NCBI GenBank assembly: GCA_017654855.1
Contig: CM030338.1
Location: 1,860,001-1,924,000 of the forward strand
Origin: Podospora anserina
Taxonomy: Eukaryota
Reading direction: 5' to 3'
Length of the DNA stretch: 64,000 nucleotides
The notes below the pieces were generated by a model that did no database searches, was not told the origin of the DNA, and saw nothing but the letters and a program-made list of their open reading frames with translations. Positions 50,301 to 64,000 of the stretch are shown here, piece by piece; positions within the stretch are counted from its first letter, which is position 1, and the number at the start of each line of letters is the position of its first letter. The translations under genes were made by a program, and so were the position numbers.

Positions 50301-53290
50301 CGAGACTCGAGAAGCTGAGGGAGGGCGATGAGCCTCTGGCCAGGCGCCATTGCTTTCTTGAGTCTTTCGAAATCATCAGTGACAACCTTGTCAGCATTGG
50401 CAATAGAGAAAGCGCCAGGCCCGGCCTCGGGGTCGCCCTGCACGACGACGGCAAGGCTGGGCAGCTTGTTGCTGTGCACTTTTCCGTGGTCGCGGAAGAG
50501 ATTGAGGAGTTGTTGTGTTTGCGATCGCACGCGATGCACATAGCTGACTAGATCGCGGTAATGTGCCGGGCGCTCCTGGTCGATGATCTTCTGTAATGGC
50601 TCGACGAAGCGAGCAGCCATCTCTTTGTTGGCACAATTTGACGCGTACTCATGAACGACCATGGCAGCAGCAAGCTGGGTTGAAGCAAATGGAGATAACA
50701 GGCTCTGCGTGATGGCAGCATCATACGAGCCCAGACTAGAGGGAGGCAGCATTGACATGAGCAGTCCCATCGCCTTGGCCGCAGAGACGCGGGATCGGAC
50801 CAGCACGTCCATGCCGACTAGATCAACATCGCCTTGCATCATGTGGCCGTCAACATCGTGAGTCTGTGTGGTGGGAGGAGCATCGTCCACCTTGGTCGAC
50901 TTCCTACGACGCTTCGGGGCCCTTTCTGCACCCTCGGGGGGCGACGACCTTCTGGTACTGGGAGCGGGGATGCCGCTCATGGAATACGTCCCGCCAGATG
51001 GCTTGAGGAAAAGTGTCGCGTTCATGGGAAGGGGGTGTCGTGGAACACCAATGGGGTGCATCGTGAGGAGCATGAGTGCGTCCACATGAGCTGCAAACTC
51101 GTCGGCGAGGACGGCAGGATTCTGTCCGAGGTTGCGGACGAGTGCATTCCACAACTCAAGCGACATGCGAAGAGTCTCTGCATCCCTTTCAACAAGAATA
51201 TTCTGGAAAATGAGACGTAGGATCCTGCCGGTGAGCCAGCCTTGAGAAGTCTCCTTGCCCAAGTCCACAAAGGTCATCAGCGCCTTGAGCACAGCGAGGC
51301 GCACAGAGGTGATGGTGTGGCGGAGGAAGGGGTAGAGTCTAGGAACAAGAGTGGTGAAAGATCTCTCTTCATCCTGCGATGCCGAGAGCTTCATCGCTTC
51401 CAGGACTTCTGGGAAGCTGCAAAGAGTAGCAAGCAGATCCATAATCTTGCCGGTAGACGCGCTGAGATCATCGCCCAGGTTGGAGAGACTCTCCCAGACT
51501 ATGTCGATGAGGCTGTCCAGTGCCTGTGGGCGCATGGCCACGAACTCCTTGGCCATGGGAATCAATGTCGCCGCGCTGGCCGAACGAACATCGTCATCCA
51601 TGTCGCCGAGGCCCTTCATGACAGAGCGGATGACGCCGTCAATCATGTCCCCATCTTGAAGCAAGAGGTCCTTGCGAACAGCAACAACATATCTCAGGCC
51701 GACCATGCCACCATGACAGATGGCCCAGAGGAGATTCTGCTCCGACTGCTGCAGCCCCTCCTGCATCACCATTCGGTAGAGTAGTCGGTATATGGCGTAC
51801 ACAGACTGCGAGCTGACATGGCGAAGGACGGAACCGAGAGTTTGACCCACAGTTTCTCGAATCGGAGCCACGGACGTGTCGGAACTGTAGTCAGTAAATT
51901 TGTCGAGCATGAGTACGCAGCAGAGCCTGCATGCGAGGTCGTCCAGCCACTGTCCATTCAGCCTGGTGTTCTCTTTGATCGACAGACCTCTGCGCCTCCC
52001 TGCGCCAGCACCATGTACTCTCACCAACTCCCTTAACCCCATCGCAGCTCCATGACGAGTCTCCCACTGCGGGTCAAACAAGTCAACTTTGAGAAAGTCG
52101 CAAAGTCGCTCAAAGGGCCACTCACTCCCTTCCATGGCATCATCGACCTCGAGCTCCGACTTGATGGGCAACAAAGGACCTTTGAACTCCGAAACGACCT
52201 TGCTGTCCTCGTCCACGTCGGCCGGTCGATCGAGGCTGAAATACTGGGACATTTTACCGTTCTTTTTGGAGTCGGCGTCAGTCATAGACACATCGTCGCC
52301 GAAACCATCGGAACCTGCGGTTGTCGTGCGGCGGATAGAAAGGTCTCCAAAGCCGGCCTTGCCCTGCGCAGCCTTCTGGGCCTCTCTTTTTCGCTTCCTC
52401 TTGAGAACGTTGAGTTGGCGTGAGCTGAGTTTACCCTCTTCGGGGTTCTGGCTCTGGCTCTGGCTATCAGTCGCCATAGCGTCCTGCTGCCCGGAGCCGT
52501 TGGTGCTGCCAGCTCCCTGAGGTGTCGCAGGGCTGCCGACATGGTCGCTGGCGACGGCCATCTCTTCGTCTTCGACGACTCGGCCAAGAAGACCAAGTCT
52601 GCCAGTAAGTGTCTTCTTGAGATGGGCCAGCCGTTTTTGTGGATCCAATGCCGCAAGGGCATAGTCGACGGGGCCGCCTCTCAGCAAAGGCCGGCCATAC
52701 TTTACAATCTTGGACATGTCAAGTGCATCGAGGGTGTAGAACTCCTCCTGATCAAGGACAGAGTCCTTGGCCTCCTCCTTCTTGACAAAGCCATTTTCGG
52801 CAGCGGATTCTGTTGAAATGCCTTCATCGGCGGCATTCGGTTCATATAGTTGTGCATGTTCAAGGATTCTGCCAAGGGCTTTGGCAGCAGTACTCCGGGT
52901 CTCCCAGTCCTTGTGGCGCAGGTAAGGGACGACTCTGGAGAGAAGATTGAATAATTCGTCAGGGTGGTGTTTTTGCCAGTCGGCAAGCTGATTGACAGCA
53001 GTATCCCTGATCAATCGGGTGCTGCCCGTTTCGAGGATCCTGTGGCAATGGTGTCAGTGAACAAACCGATCACAAAGAAACAACAGACACGGCATGGCAG
53101 GCAACACAGGGACGTTGCCCCGTAGCGCAGCAGCGCATGTTGTGTAAGTGCCATGTGCTGAAGCAGGCAAATGATGTGCAGGGTTACTCACGTAACGAGC
53201 CGGTCAAGCCTGTCATGAGTGTTAGTAAGACTGAGCAGGTTTGAGATGAGATGAAAGAAGAGCAGTGGATAATACTCACCGAGACGCCAT
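47381..53290 (-). CDS. MOT1: TBP-associated SNF2-family ATPase Mot1/BTAF1
   Basis: Exons 53290-53280, 53209-53192 and 53039-47381 give MASRLDRLVTILETGSTRLIRDTA. HEAT-repeat N-terminal half; LCDDMGLGKTLQ, VLDEGH, LTGTPIQN and QAMDRAHRIGQ. Confidence 0.97.
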
Positions 53291-55731
53291 TCTTGTTTCA
53301 TATCAACGAGGACAGTATACTGGGTTATTCGATGCGAATCATGGCACTGCGTCCTTCTCGTCAGCATGGTGTTCTGGTGCCTGATTTCTCGAGATCGACG
53401 GTGACAGCGAAGGTGCGATGCAAGTAACCAGGCTGCTGCAGGCTGCATCCCCAAGACCCGTGCAAAACACGGACTGTGATTCGCTGGCCAACATCAGGGC
53501 GGATGCTTGATTGCAGCTGGTGGGGTGGTGGTGCAAGGGGCCCAAGGCGAGGCGCGCTGCCCGACGAGATCACAGATCTCTCCGATGGGACCGAGACAAG
53601 CCAACCCGATTCGCATCATGAACGAACGGTTTTGCCAGATCGCTCGACGACGACAACAACACAGCACATCACAAAAATGTGACAGTCATCCAATGATATG
53701 CATCGAGTGCTTGGGTCAAGGGTAGAGAAGAGACAAATAAATGAACAAAAAAAGAAAAAGAAGAAAAGTAAAAGTGACATGGGGGGTCGGGATCTGACAT
53801 ACCTGAGACTGCACTTGAGAATAGCCTCAAAAAAAAAAGTCGATTGCCGAAATGGTCGGGGTCCGCAGAGTCCGCAGAGTAAAAGTCAAACTTTCTCTTG
53901 TGGCAGGAAATGGGGATGGGGCACAATGTGCTTAATATGCTGGCATCAAAAAAAAAGCCAAGGTGAGCCTCTCGGTGACAGGTGAGGGCCGGCGTCGGGC
54001 CAATCAGAGGCGGAGATGTGTCAGGCTTGGGCTCAGTGTGACCTGGGGAGCGACGAGTGCAGTGGAAAGGTCGGGTGGAGGGCAGCTGGCTGGTCTATAA
54101 AGAATATTGGTTTAAATTTATAGACAGCGGGCTCTCCCAACGCTCCTTCCCGGACGGCTTGCAAAACTAGCGTGGTTCTGGACACCCTTGTCCATGCGCG
54201 CCCCCCCAAATCCCGTGCCCACCTGGACCACACCCCCTGCCTTGCCTTCATCATTTTCGCGACTTGCTTCTTTCCACCGAACCTCAGCATTTCAGCTGGC
54301 AGCAGCAGCAGCAGCCCTCTTCCCTTTTGCTTCTTTTCTTTTTGGTCTCCCGTCGTGCATCGCCTGCATCATTGATGAAGAAGAAGACATGAACTGCCGG
54401 TGCACCTCACCTACCTTTGCTTTCCTTTGCCTTTTTGATAGGCGCAGCAACCATCCTTCCTACTCTGTACCTTATTTATTAGCAGGCATTCTCAGCCACT
54501 GACGACGTACGAAGACGGCATTCTCGTCAGAAATGATTTCCCCGCCAAAAAATAAAGAACGCCAGAAATCAAAACGTGGGAACTGGAAACCTGTCCTGTC
54601 CAACCCAACCCACGGAACCTTTTTTTTGAATCAACAGCCGGAGACTGGAGATGGTGTCCTCAGACCATGACGACAACGTTCCATATGTGTGTGGGCAACA
54701 GGTACAGGTAGGCGCCCTGGGGGACATGGAAAGGCTGGATGCAGCAGGCACATCGCATTCGTGCCGTCCCGTTTGTGCTGTGTAGTCGTTGGCGTTCCAT
54801 ACCGCGCACAGCAGGTTTCGGTCATGATTGAAGTTTCCAAACCGTCAACGATGAAGATGGAAGTTTTGTCCCAGATCCCCTTCCTGTACGCTGTCTGTCA
54901 TAACAAAGTCCAATGCATCTGTAACGGCCAACGGACTCGCTCGGGACAGTCTTAGCTTGCACTTCAGTCGAGCGTTTCCATCAGGCTGGCGGTCCAATAT
55001 GGGCATTAAGGTTCAGCCTGTGGCCTCCTCGCATCAATGTCCGAGGGAAAATCCAGTGCTACTTGTACCCATTCCAACGAGCCACGCTGGGTTGCCCATG
55101 AGACAAGTGATAGACGATGCATGGGCGATCAATAACGGGTGTCTCTAGAGAGGGCCCCTTCTTTCTTCCGTTGCACCCAGCCAACCCCCGCCAAATATGT
55201 CAACCGTATTCTGTTATGTCATTGCTGTCTATGCCTCGGAAGCAAACAAGCACGAGAACAAGGTTCGTTTGATGTCTTCGGGGTTCCAACGCACGTAGAC
55301 GCTGCAGGCAGCAAAGCAGGACACCAAACGACAACAAAGAAAAATTGAGAGCCACCAACAGAGCCGAAAACTTCAAAGCTTCCAGACCAGATCACACAAT
55401 GCTGGCTGCCGCTTTGTGCCATATGGAAGCCTGTTGTAAGGTCACGTGCTGTTCCGCCAAGGGTTGGTCCAAGCTTCTTTTGGAAGAAGCACGCACCACC
55501 CGCCCACTGTGGGCGCGCGACACACCGAGCAGGACGCGTTGGGAAAGGTCCCCTCATTCGGCAACTGTTTCGTCCCTCATCGCGAAACCCAAATGACGCC
55601 GACAGCAACACGGCGCCATCTCAAGACAGTATCTTTTGTTTGTTGCACTCGATTGATTTCAGAAGAATAGTGGCCATATCTTCTCTTTTTTTTTCTGACT
55701 CGGCTGTCGAGTCGACAGCACCAGAGACAAG

Positions 55732-58700
55732 ATGCATATCAAACAGATTATTATCCAGGGCTTCAAGAGGTGCGACAACTCTTCTCAACGCGTCGCCGTT
55801 GCAATAAAGCTAACTTGGACGTGTCTCACAGCTACAAGGAACAAACCGTCATCGAACCTTTCTCTCCAAAGACCAATGTCATTGTCGGGCGCAACGGCTC
55901 TGGCAAGAGTAACTTCTTCGCTGCGATCCGATTCGTTCTCAGCGATGCCTACACCAACATGAGCCGCGAAGAGCGGCAGGCTCTGCTGCACGAAGGATCA
56001 GGCTCTGCGGTCATGTCGGCCTATGTCGAGATCATCTTCGACAACACCGACAAGCGTTTCAGCGAACCGGGCGACGAGGTGGTGATTCGGCGGACGATTG
56101 CCCTCAAGAAGGACGAATATTCCGTCGATCGAAAGGTCCAGACCCGCGCAGATGTGTTGAAGATTCTCGAGACGGCCGGTTTCGCCAAGGAAAACCCATT
56201 CTACATTGTACCCCAGGGTCGCATCGCGGCCATCACCAACATGAAGGAGTCCGAGAGGCTCAACCTTCTAAAGGAAATAGCGGGTACCAACACCTATGAC
56301 GACCGGAGGATACAGTCGCTCAAGATCATGGCCGAAACCAACAGCAAGCGCGACAAGATTGACGAGACCCTGGTGTACATAAAGGAGCGACTTAGGGAGT
56401 TGGAGGAAGAAAAGGACGAGCTTCGCGACTTTCAGGACAAGGACAGGGAACGCAGGTGTCTCGAGTATGCCCACTGGCATCGTCTGCAAAAGACCAATGC
56501 TGAAACTCTTGAGCAAGTGGAGGAAGCCAGGCAAGGGGGGGCAGGGGCCTCTACGAAAGATCGCGCCCAACTCCGAAAGACGGAGAAGGAGATTGCTGTT
56601 CTGGACCAGAAGGCCCACGAACTCAGACAAGCTCTGGAGTACCTCACTATCGAACGGCGTCAACTGGATGACGACCGCAAGGACGCGGCTAGGGCGCGTG
56701 CCAAGGCCGAGCTGAAGACCAAGCATTTGGACGAGAGCAGGCATGTCCGCGAACAAACACGACAAAGGCAGGAAGCCGAGCTTCAGGAGGTCAGGCAAAA
56801 GATTCAACAAGCCGAAGCAGAGCTCGTCAGAGTGCAGCCCGAATACGAGAAGCTGAAGGCTGAAGAGGCTGAGATCAAGACTCAAAGAGACTCTGTTGCT
56901 GCTGGGCGAAAACGACTCCTTGTCAAACAGACCAGAAGCAGTCAGTTCAAGAACAAGGCGGAACGCGATGCATATCTCCGCAATGAAATCCAGGAGGCGA
57001 CATCATCTCTCGGTCTCCAAAAAGCGAACGCCATGGACGCGAGGGAGCAAGTTCAGCAAGTGGAAAGTTCACTTGCGCAGCTTGAACAGTCCATTCAGCA
57101 TATCAGGGCCAGAATGGAAAGCTATGGAGGCAACCGCACTGCTCTTTTTGAAAAATTGACCAAGGCGCAGGAGGCCAGGGAACAGCTTGAAGAGGAACGA
57201 AAGCGGCTTCGTCGTGAGGATGACCGACTCAGCTCGCAGATCAGCAGCACCAGGATGGACAGAGACCAAGCAGAAACGCATCTCTCACATGCTATGGATT
57301 CGGCGACGTCCAAGGGTCTTGCCACTATTCGAAGGCTTAAGCAGGAGAAGAATATTCCCGGCGCTTACGGGACGCTGGCAGAGTTGATGAATGTGCCGAT
57401 GGATGCCTACAAGCTGCCAGTGGAACAGGTCGCAGGAAACAGCCTGTTTCACTACATCGTGGATGACCAGGCCACAGCGACGATGCTGTCTGATCACCTG
57501 TATAAGAATTACGGCGGTAGACTTACCTTTGTGCCCCTCGAACAGATTCGCCCAAGGCAGGTTAAGATGCCGAGGGCGTCCGACGCCCAGCCCCTCATCA
57601 GCAAGATTGAGTTCGACCCATTATATGAGAAAGCATTCCAGCAAGTATTTGGCCGGACCATCATCTGCCCAAGTCTGGCTATCGCTTCTCAGTACTCACG
57701 CTCACACGGCCTTGACGCCATCACTCCCGAAGGCGACACAACCAACAAGAGGGGTGCAATGACGGGTGGTTATGTCGATGCCAGGAGATCACGTCTGGAC
57801 GCGGTTCAAAAGGTCAGCAAACTGCGTGAGATCTACGAGGCACAGTTGGCAGATGCTGCCAAAATCAGAAAGGAGATCGAGGTGATAGATCAGAAGGTCA
57901 CGGCAGCAAGGGGCGAGGAAACCAAGATTCAGCAACAAATGCGCCGCTTCGACCAGGACTATGACCCTCTCAAGGGCGAGCTTCAGAGCAAAAATTCGCA
58001 GCTTGAACGCCAGCGGGCTCATCGCGAGTCTGCATTGTCACACTTGGCCGAAGTGGAGAAGAACATGAAGGAGTTGGACGATTCCATTCTGGCATCGCAA
58101 AACGAATTGGCCCAGGACTTTAAGAAGACCCTGTCAGCGAGTGAGGAGCAAGAGCTCGAACGCCTAGGCAATGAGTTGAGCGCTCTGCAGAAGGAGTTCA
58201 AGGCGATCAGCACAAAGCGGATTGATCTTGAAGGTCGCAAAAAGTCTCTTGAGCAGGAGCTGAACACCCATCTCCGACCTCAGGAAGATCAACTTCGAAG
58301 CCAGGCTTTCGAGGCCACGACGGCAGGTGGTACTGAAAGCTTCAAAGACGCTCAGAAGGAACTCAAGAAGGCTCAAAAGCTGGCGGCGGAGGCGGAGGCG
58401 TCTTTGGAGGAGAACGAGCAGCAGACGGAGCAGACAAGCAGTGAGCTGACCCAGGTAGAAGCTCAAAAGGCGCAAAAGGAACAGGAGCTCCAGGAACTGC
58501 AAAGGCGTATTGAGCAATACCAGAAGAAGATGGAGAAGGCCATTCAGACGAGGGCTCGCCTCATCAGCCAGGCTGCTGAGTATGCCAAGAATATTAGAGA
58601 TTTGGGTATTCTGCCTGAGGAAGCTTTTGGCAAGTATGAGAAGATGAAATCCGAGCAGGTAAGCAACCGAGTATGTTGGGGTGAGTTGATTGGAACGCTA

Positions 58701-59519
58701 GCTGACATGTCTCCAAACAGATCGAAACCAGACTTGCCAAGGTCAACCAAGCCCTCAAGAAGTACAAGCACATCAACAAGAAGGCCTTTGATCAGTACAA
58801 CAGCTTTACCACACAGCGAGACAACTTGCTGAAGCGCCGGAAAGAACTTGATACCTCGCAGGCCTCTATTGAGACGCTCATTGAGCATCTTGATCAGGAG
58901 AAGGACGAGGCCATTGAGCGTACCTTCAAGCAGGTGTCGAAGGAATTCTCCACCATCTTTGAGAAGCTTGTTCCAGCTGGTCACGGACGTCTTGTCATTC
59001 AACGCAAGGCGGACCGTGCCAAGAACAGAGCTGCGAATAATGACTCGGATGAGGAGGTTGTCAGTGGGGTTGAGAGCTATACTGGTGTTGGCATCAGTGT
59101 GTCTTTTAACTCGAAGGTCATGGACGAGCAGCAGAAGATTCAGCAGCTCAGTGGTGGTCAGAAGAGTGAGATTTCTCTCGGCATTTCAACCTGACATGTA
59201 TGTATGACTAACCAAGGAATTTATAGGTTTGTGCGCTCTATGCTTGATTTTCGCCCTCCAAGCGGCAGAGTCCAGCCCGTTTGTCATCTTTGACGAGGTC
59301 GACGCCAACCTCGACGCACAGTACCGTACGGCAGTGGCCAGTCTCTTGCAGTCGATTTCGGAGGAGCAAAAGACGCAGTTTATCTGCACGACTTTCAGGC
59401 CGGAGATTGTGCATGTTGCTGACAAGTGCTACGGTGTGACGTTTCACAACAAGACGAGCACGATTGACTGTGTGAGGACGGAGGATGCGCTCAACTTTGT
59501 TGATGGGCAGAAGAAGTAG
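55732..59519 (+). CDS. SMC3: Cohesin subunit Smc3 (SudA)
   Basis: Introns 55770-55831, 58659-58720 and 59166-59226. MHIKQIIIQGFKSY, Walker A GRNGSGKSNFF, REERQALLHEG, hinge GAMTGG, signature LSGGQKS and Walker B IFDEVDANLD. Confidence 0.97.
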
Positions 59520-60146
59520 GTAGGTAGGTAGATAGTGTGTGGGAAGGAAATATGTTTCATGGTTGTATGTTTGTTTATGTGTTTAGGAGGGAATAAAAGG
59601 GTTGGCGTTGGTTTTGTGTGTGATGGTATAAGGTGGGTGTGTGTGGTACATATCCAAGGGTATGGTATGGCTATGTGTTTTGCTGGCTTTGAAGCGAGGC
59701 GAGTGAGGATGTCTAGCTATTCGGGGCATGGTTTACAATACAATGGTTATTTGCTGCTACTCAAGGCCGGTGTTGATGATGGTCATTCATTCAATTAGCA
59801 TTTTGGTTCTCTGTTCGGTCGATAGGTACCTAGTTCAAGGGAAACGGAAGGTGATCTTGGATGCTCAGAGAAAAGACATTCTCAGGGGCAAAGGAGCAGA
59901 CTGACGCCCCCCCCCCTTTTCGGCAGGCAGCTGTGCTTGGGAGCTTTGACGCAGAGGTTTCTAGAAGCTACCCCACCATGATGTTGGTGGACGAGCGACG
60001 ACTGCGGGGCTGTCAACCTGTCCCAAGTTCCCAAGCAGTTGGATCAACATCCCATTCCCTTTTCAACTGTTTGTTTTCAAGAGGCAACTCTTTTTACTTT
60101 CTTCGACTTATCTCCCAAACTATAGTCGAATAAAATCACAGCAACC

Positions 60147-61819
60147 ATGCCTGTAGACTACAGCAAGTGGGTAAGTTACTTTCATCATATCTATCCCCCA
60201 ACCACCTCTCCCCCACCAGAACCAGCTATTGACCAACTATGATTGATTAGGACGCCCTCGAGCTCTCGGACGACTCCGACATCGAAGTGCACCCCAACGT
60301 CGACAAGCGCTCCTTCATCCGCGCAAAGCAGAACCAGATCCACCAGCAGCGCCAAGAGCGCAAGCTCCATATCGAGCAGTACAAGTACGAGCGCATCGTC
60401 AATAATGGGCTCATCTCGCGCATCTCGGGCTTGCTTTCGGCCCTCCAGTCCCATGCTGACGAGGCCAAGACCAAAAACCCGGCCGAGGTTGCCTTCAGGG
60501 CGGTGATGGAGTCGGCTGCGGGGTTGGATCCGAAGGATGACATGCCGCCTCCACGGCCGGAGGCGCTGCAGGCGGCTGTTGGGGGGGAGCCGCTGCCGAG
60601 TTATACCAAGATGATGGCTACGTTGCTTGATCAGGTGAATAAGGCTTTGGATGAGAGGGGGGTGGGGCAGGAGGGGAGGTATGAGGGGATGGTGGGGGAG
60701 ATTGGGGAGCATTTGAAAAAGGTGGAGGGTTTGCAGGGGGAGTTGGAGAAGAAACTGGCGGAGTTGGAACGGGAGGAAGCGAGGAAGATTACAAGTGAGG
60801 GGATTCATACTGGTTTTGACTCGACGCATATCAATAAATCGAGTGGGGGGTCGAAGGCGGAGGGCGGGGGGAGTAAGGAGAGTGGGAAGGTGGAGTTGTT
60901 GAATCCGAATTATACGCCTCCTGAGGCGTTGCCTGCGCCGAGTGAGAGGGAGGAAGGGGGGGACGATGACGACGAGGAGGTTACGGCTTCGCCGGCGGCG
61001 GTCAAGTTTGCGAATATCAAGTCGAGTGATTATAGGGAGTCGCATGCTTGGTTGAGCAGTCATCCGGAGATTTTGACGGAGAAGGAGACGGATGGGATTT
61101 TGGTCATGGCGTTTGATGCGCAGCTGGAGAACAGGTCTGATTACGCGCGGAACTGTGTTCATCAGGCGTTGCTTATTCAGTACTGTCGGGCGTTGGGCAG
61201 GGATGGGGTTGCGTTGTTCTTCAAGCGGATTACTACTCCCGGACACAAGGCTCAGGAGGTCTTTTACAAGGATGTGCAGGATACGTATATGAAGATCAAG
61301 AACAGGTCGAGGGAGATTAACCTGCAGAGGGCGAAGGATGAGGCGGAGGGGAAGGGGGAGGGGGTGGAGCAGATTCAGCTTCATGCGGTTGATCCGGGGA
61401 CTGTGATTAACATCAGGATCCCGCCGAAGGATAGCGAGGATTTGGATGTACAAGTTGGACGGGCGATTTTTGAGAGCTTCACGCCCGAGATGCAGAAGGC
61501 GCTGGAGACGGGGAGTTTGGAGGAGGTTAATAAGGTGCTGGGGAAGATGAGTGTTGAGGATGCGGAGGAGGTTGTTGGGAAGCTGAGTGAGGTGAGTTAT
61601 TCCAGAGTATTTGATGTGGGTTGGGAATGGTTGCTAACGTGTGAATAGTCTGGTTGTTTGAGTGTTGAGGAGGAGGTCATTGATGCTACGACTGAGGAGG
61701 GCAAGCAGAAGATTAAGAAGCTGGAGCAGGAGGCTAAGGAGCAGGAGAAGGAGGGGCAGGAGAAGGAGGGGCAGGAGAATAAGGGGCAGGAGGCCAAGTA
61801 TGCTGATGATCCGGAGTGA
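60147..61819 (+). CDS. CDC37: Hsp90 kinase co-chaperone Cdc37
   Basis: MPVDYSKW/DALELSDDSDIEVHPNVDKRSFIRAKQ; introns 60171-60250 and 61592-61648; TGA at 61817-61819. Confidence 0.95.
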
Positions 61820-62768
61820 AGGGGGGCTTGTAAGATTGGGTATTGGTTAGGTCTGTGTAATACATGCAAATGAAAAGTATGAATGAATTTTCTTGAAAAT
61901 GGCTTGTACGCTTGGTTGTGATGTCGTCGGCACCCTGATGATTGCTGCGTATGTCATGTGCCCGGCTACTACCGTAATGGCTGAGAAACTCTCGGACGTG
62001 ACCATACTATGGACGAGGAAATAGAGAATGCTATTTTGAACAGGCCTCTTGATATGTTAGGTTGGCGTTTAAATCTCGTCTAGGTGGTCTACAAAAGGCT
62101 TGTTAGATATGTTGGTGTGATTGGAATGCCTCTCTATTCCGATGATAGGTCTCTTCACGGTTTTCCAACCCCTTATCATCGCCTTCAGGGGTTTTTATTT
62201 ATTCTAGCAGTCTGTCTCTTCTTGTCTAGGACACGCTGCCTTATAGCTCAATCTTGGACGAAAAATGTCCGTCCCCACAAGGTGTCGACAACCTTCACGT
62301 ACCTACACAACTTAGCTGGGCTTTCCTTAAACGTACGTACCTTCCAGTTGAGAAATCATATCCTTGTGGTATAAATACGACCAACAGCTTCGCTCTCGAA
62401 ATTCCGACCCTTCCTTTTACAACAACACCTACACCCAGCGTCAAGGGCGCTGCTATTCCCAAGAGCCCAGTGGCTTTCCGGTCAATCTCTTCTACATTGA
62501 CCTTCTCATATCATTCTCCTAAACAGATTCCGTATTCTTCACATTCTTCCAACAAGATCACGAATCCCTTGTTTCCTGGCCAGGTCAATGCTGAGTGTCC
62601 TCTAGGATTTCCTTTTCTTTCAGAAACGCATACTCGATCGATCGATCGATCATCCTCTTTTCATACCACTTAACTTGCACCTTGCGACTAACATGTTGGC
62701 GCAGGTCAAATTCCCGACCTATTCTTACTCCATTTTTTGAAGATATTTCGGGCACAACGATCGCCACC

Positions 62769-64000
62769 ATGCTTCCTCTGAGCTTTCCCTTCGCTCAGAG
62801 TTGGGGATTCCTTTCCCTCAACGCAAACGTCTCACCACCCGAAGCTGGGGGGACGGACACATCCCCCTCGACTCTTGCCAACAGCTCCCCCACAAATAAC
62901 GCCGGTCAAGATTCTGCGCAAGTATCCGGTTCGAGTAAGCCTTTTCGTCTTATAAGTCACCTTTTCATCCCAACAAGCCGCTAACCCCTTAAAAACATGG
63001 CAGAGCCTTCACCTAGCACCAATGCTGGTCCAAACACTGCGGTCATTCATGATGATCCAGATTCCGATGACGATGAGGTGCTCGATATTGGCAAAGTCTT
63101 GAGACAAAAGGCCAACAGTTCGAAGCCTTCTACGACCAGAGCAACATTGGACCCCCCGCCCCCTGGTAGTTTGGCTGCAGAAGCACAAGCAAGACCTGTC
63201 CCGGAGACGCCAGCCAAAAAGCGAGGGTTGGGATGGCTGGATGAGAGCCCCATCACTCCAGCCGTGGGCATAAACACTACCACAGACACGCCGGTCACAG
63301 TCCCACACCAAACGCAGAGCGCTCATCGGCAGGCCATTCCGTCTCGGGCTTCAGTGACCTCGCCAGAGGCCCAGCGTGAGCATAACAGGTCCAATAGAAG
63401 CAAGGAAGAGAGAGAGCGTGAAAGACTCGAGACACTTGAAAAGCTCAACGCCAGACGCCAGGCTATCAAGACTCGGGCGTCTGATGATGGGAGATCTCAG
63501 GGTGGCCACCCTAGCTCCTCAAGGCTGCCGGTTGTTGATCTGAGGACGCCGTCTGCCAGTAAGGTGCCTTCTGTGGCAGATACGAGCTCATCTCGCCGTT
63601 CACGGGTTAAACTGGAGGAAAGAAGGCGGAGAAAGGAGATGGAAAAGGCTACTCGCGAAGCCAAGCGATCTCGTCAGAAATCAACGCCATCTCAACCTCC
63701 TCCATCTCAACCTCCTCCATCTCAACCTCCTTCATCTACACCTCCTCCATCTCCACCTCCACCTCCGCCCCCTACCTTTCAGACCGCGGAGCCCCGAGCC
63801 GTTGATAGAGAGATATCAAGGGCCATCCGACACACTCCAATCACTGCGGGTGAGGCTGCCGAGAGGAGACCGAATGAAATCAAAGCCCACGGAGCAGAGG
63901 TCTACCGGAGCGGTGCGAATAGGGGGACATTGATAGTTGATTCCCTGGAAGAGACAGAAACCACGGGCGCTGATGAGGCTGTCTTCGTCCAGGCAAAGAG
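62769..64000 (+). CDS. Low-complexity, probably disordered protein of unknown function, partial (runs off the window end)
   Basis: GCCACCATG start at 62769; phase-1 intron 62935-63003 (GTAAGC..CTAAC..CAG) joins a frame that stays open for about 1 kb. An in-frame ATG at 62997 is an alternative start. S/P/R/E-rich with basic clusters. Confidence 0.7.
63687..63761 (+). repeat. 15-bp coding minisatellite (CCATCTCAACCTCCT x3 plus 2 degenerate units), encoding PSQPP repeats
   Basis: Read directly. Confidence 0.9.

Noticed and set aside
54499-54535. CTGACGA...GAA as a hammerhead ribozyme core
   Set aside because: No GAAA after a proper stem II, and no stems I or III.
60191-61453. 420-aa minus-strand ORF, and similar ORFs at 45098-46048, 42935-43747 and 47966-48814
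   Set aside because: Antisense shadows of CDC37, the DUF3074-like gene, the MFS gene and MOT1, caused by skewed composition.
1-64000. CRISPR arrays, rRNA operon, intact transposons, TPP riboswitch
   Set aside because: I saw no repeat-spacer array, rRNA sequence, transposase or RT ORF, LTR/TIR pair or TPP aptamer core.

Overview
Intron-rich eukaryotic DNA from a filamentous ascomycete. GTRNGY donors, CTRAC branch sites, mostly short introns and gene content suggest Sordariomycetes, probably Sordariales/Podospora-like; this is an inference. I reconstructed 16 protein-coding genes by hand with their splice sites: a partial RRM protein, a WRAP73/WDR8-like WD40 protein, the molybdenum-cofactor gene MOCS1/cnxABC/nit-7, YKT6, a Pib2-like FYVE protein, a GNS1/SUR4 elongase, a secreted Kex2-site protein, ADE12, an accessory HNH-family gene, a Far1/Ste5-type RING-PH-vWA protein, an ARN/Sit-family siderophore MFS transporter, a DUF3074-like protein, MOT1, SMC3, CDC37 and a partial disordered protein. 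There is also one intron-containing tRNA-Ala(AGC). The strongest signal is at MOCS1: a splice donor inside the terminal Gly-Gly-stop codons switches between free MoaA and a MoaA-MoaC fusion with an internal mitochondrial-presequence-like linker. This resembles the known human MOCS1 and Neurospora nit-7 arrangement. Other observations are abrupt C-rich to G-rich switches inside several genes, a GC-AG intron in a possibly truncated HNH gene, a SreA-type GATA cluster, and promoter-like or structured DNA between two convergent genes. I cannot demonstrate a wholly new system from the sequence alone.
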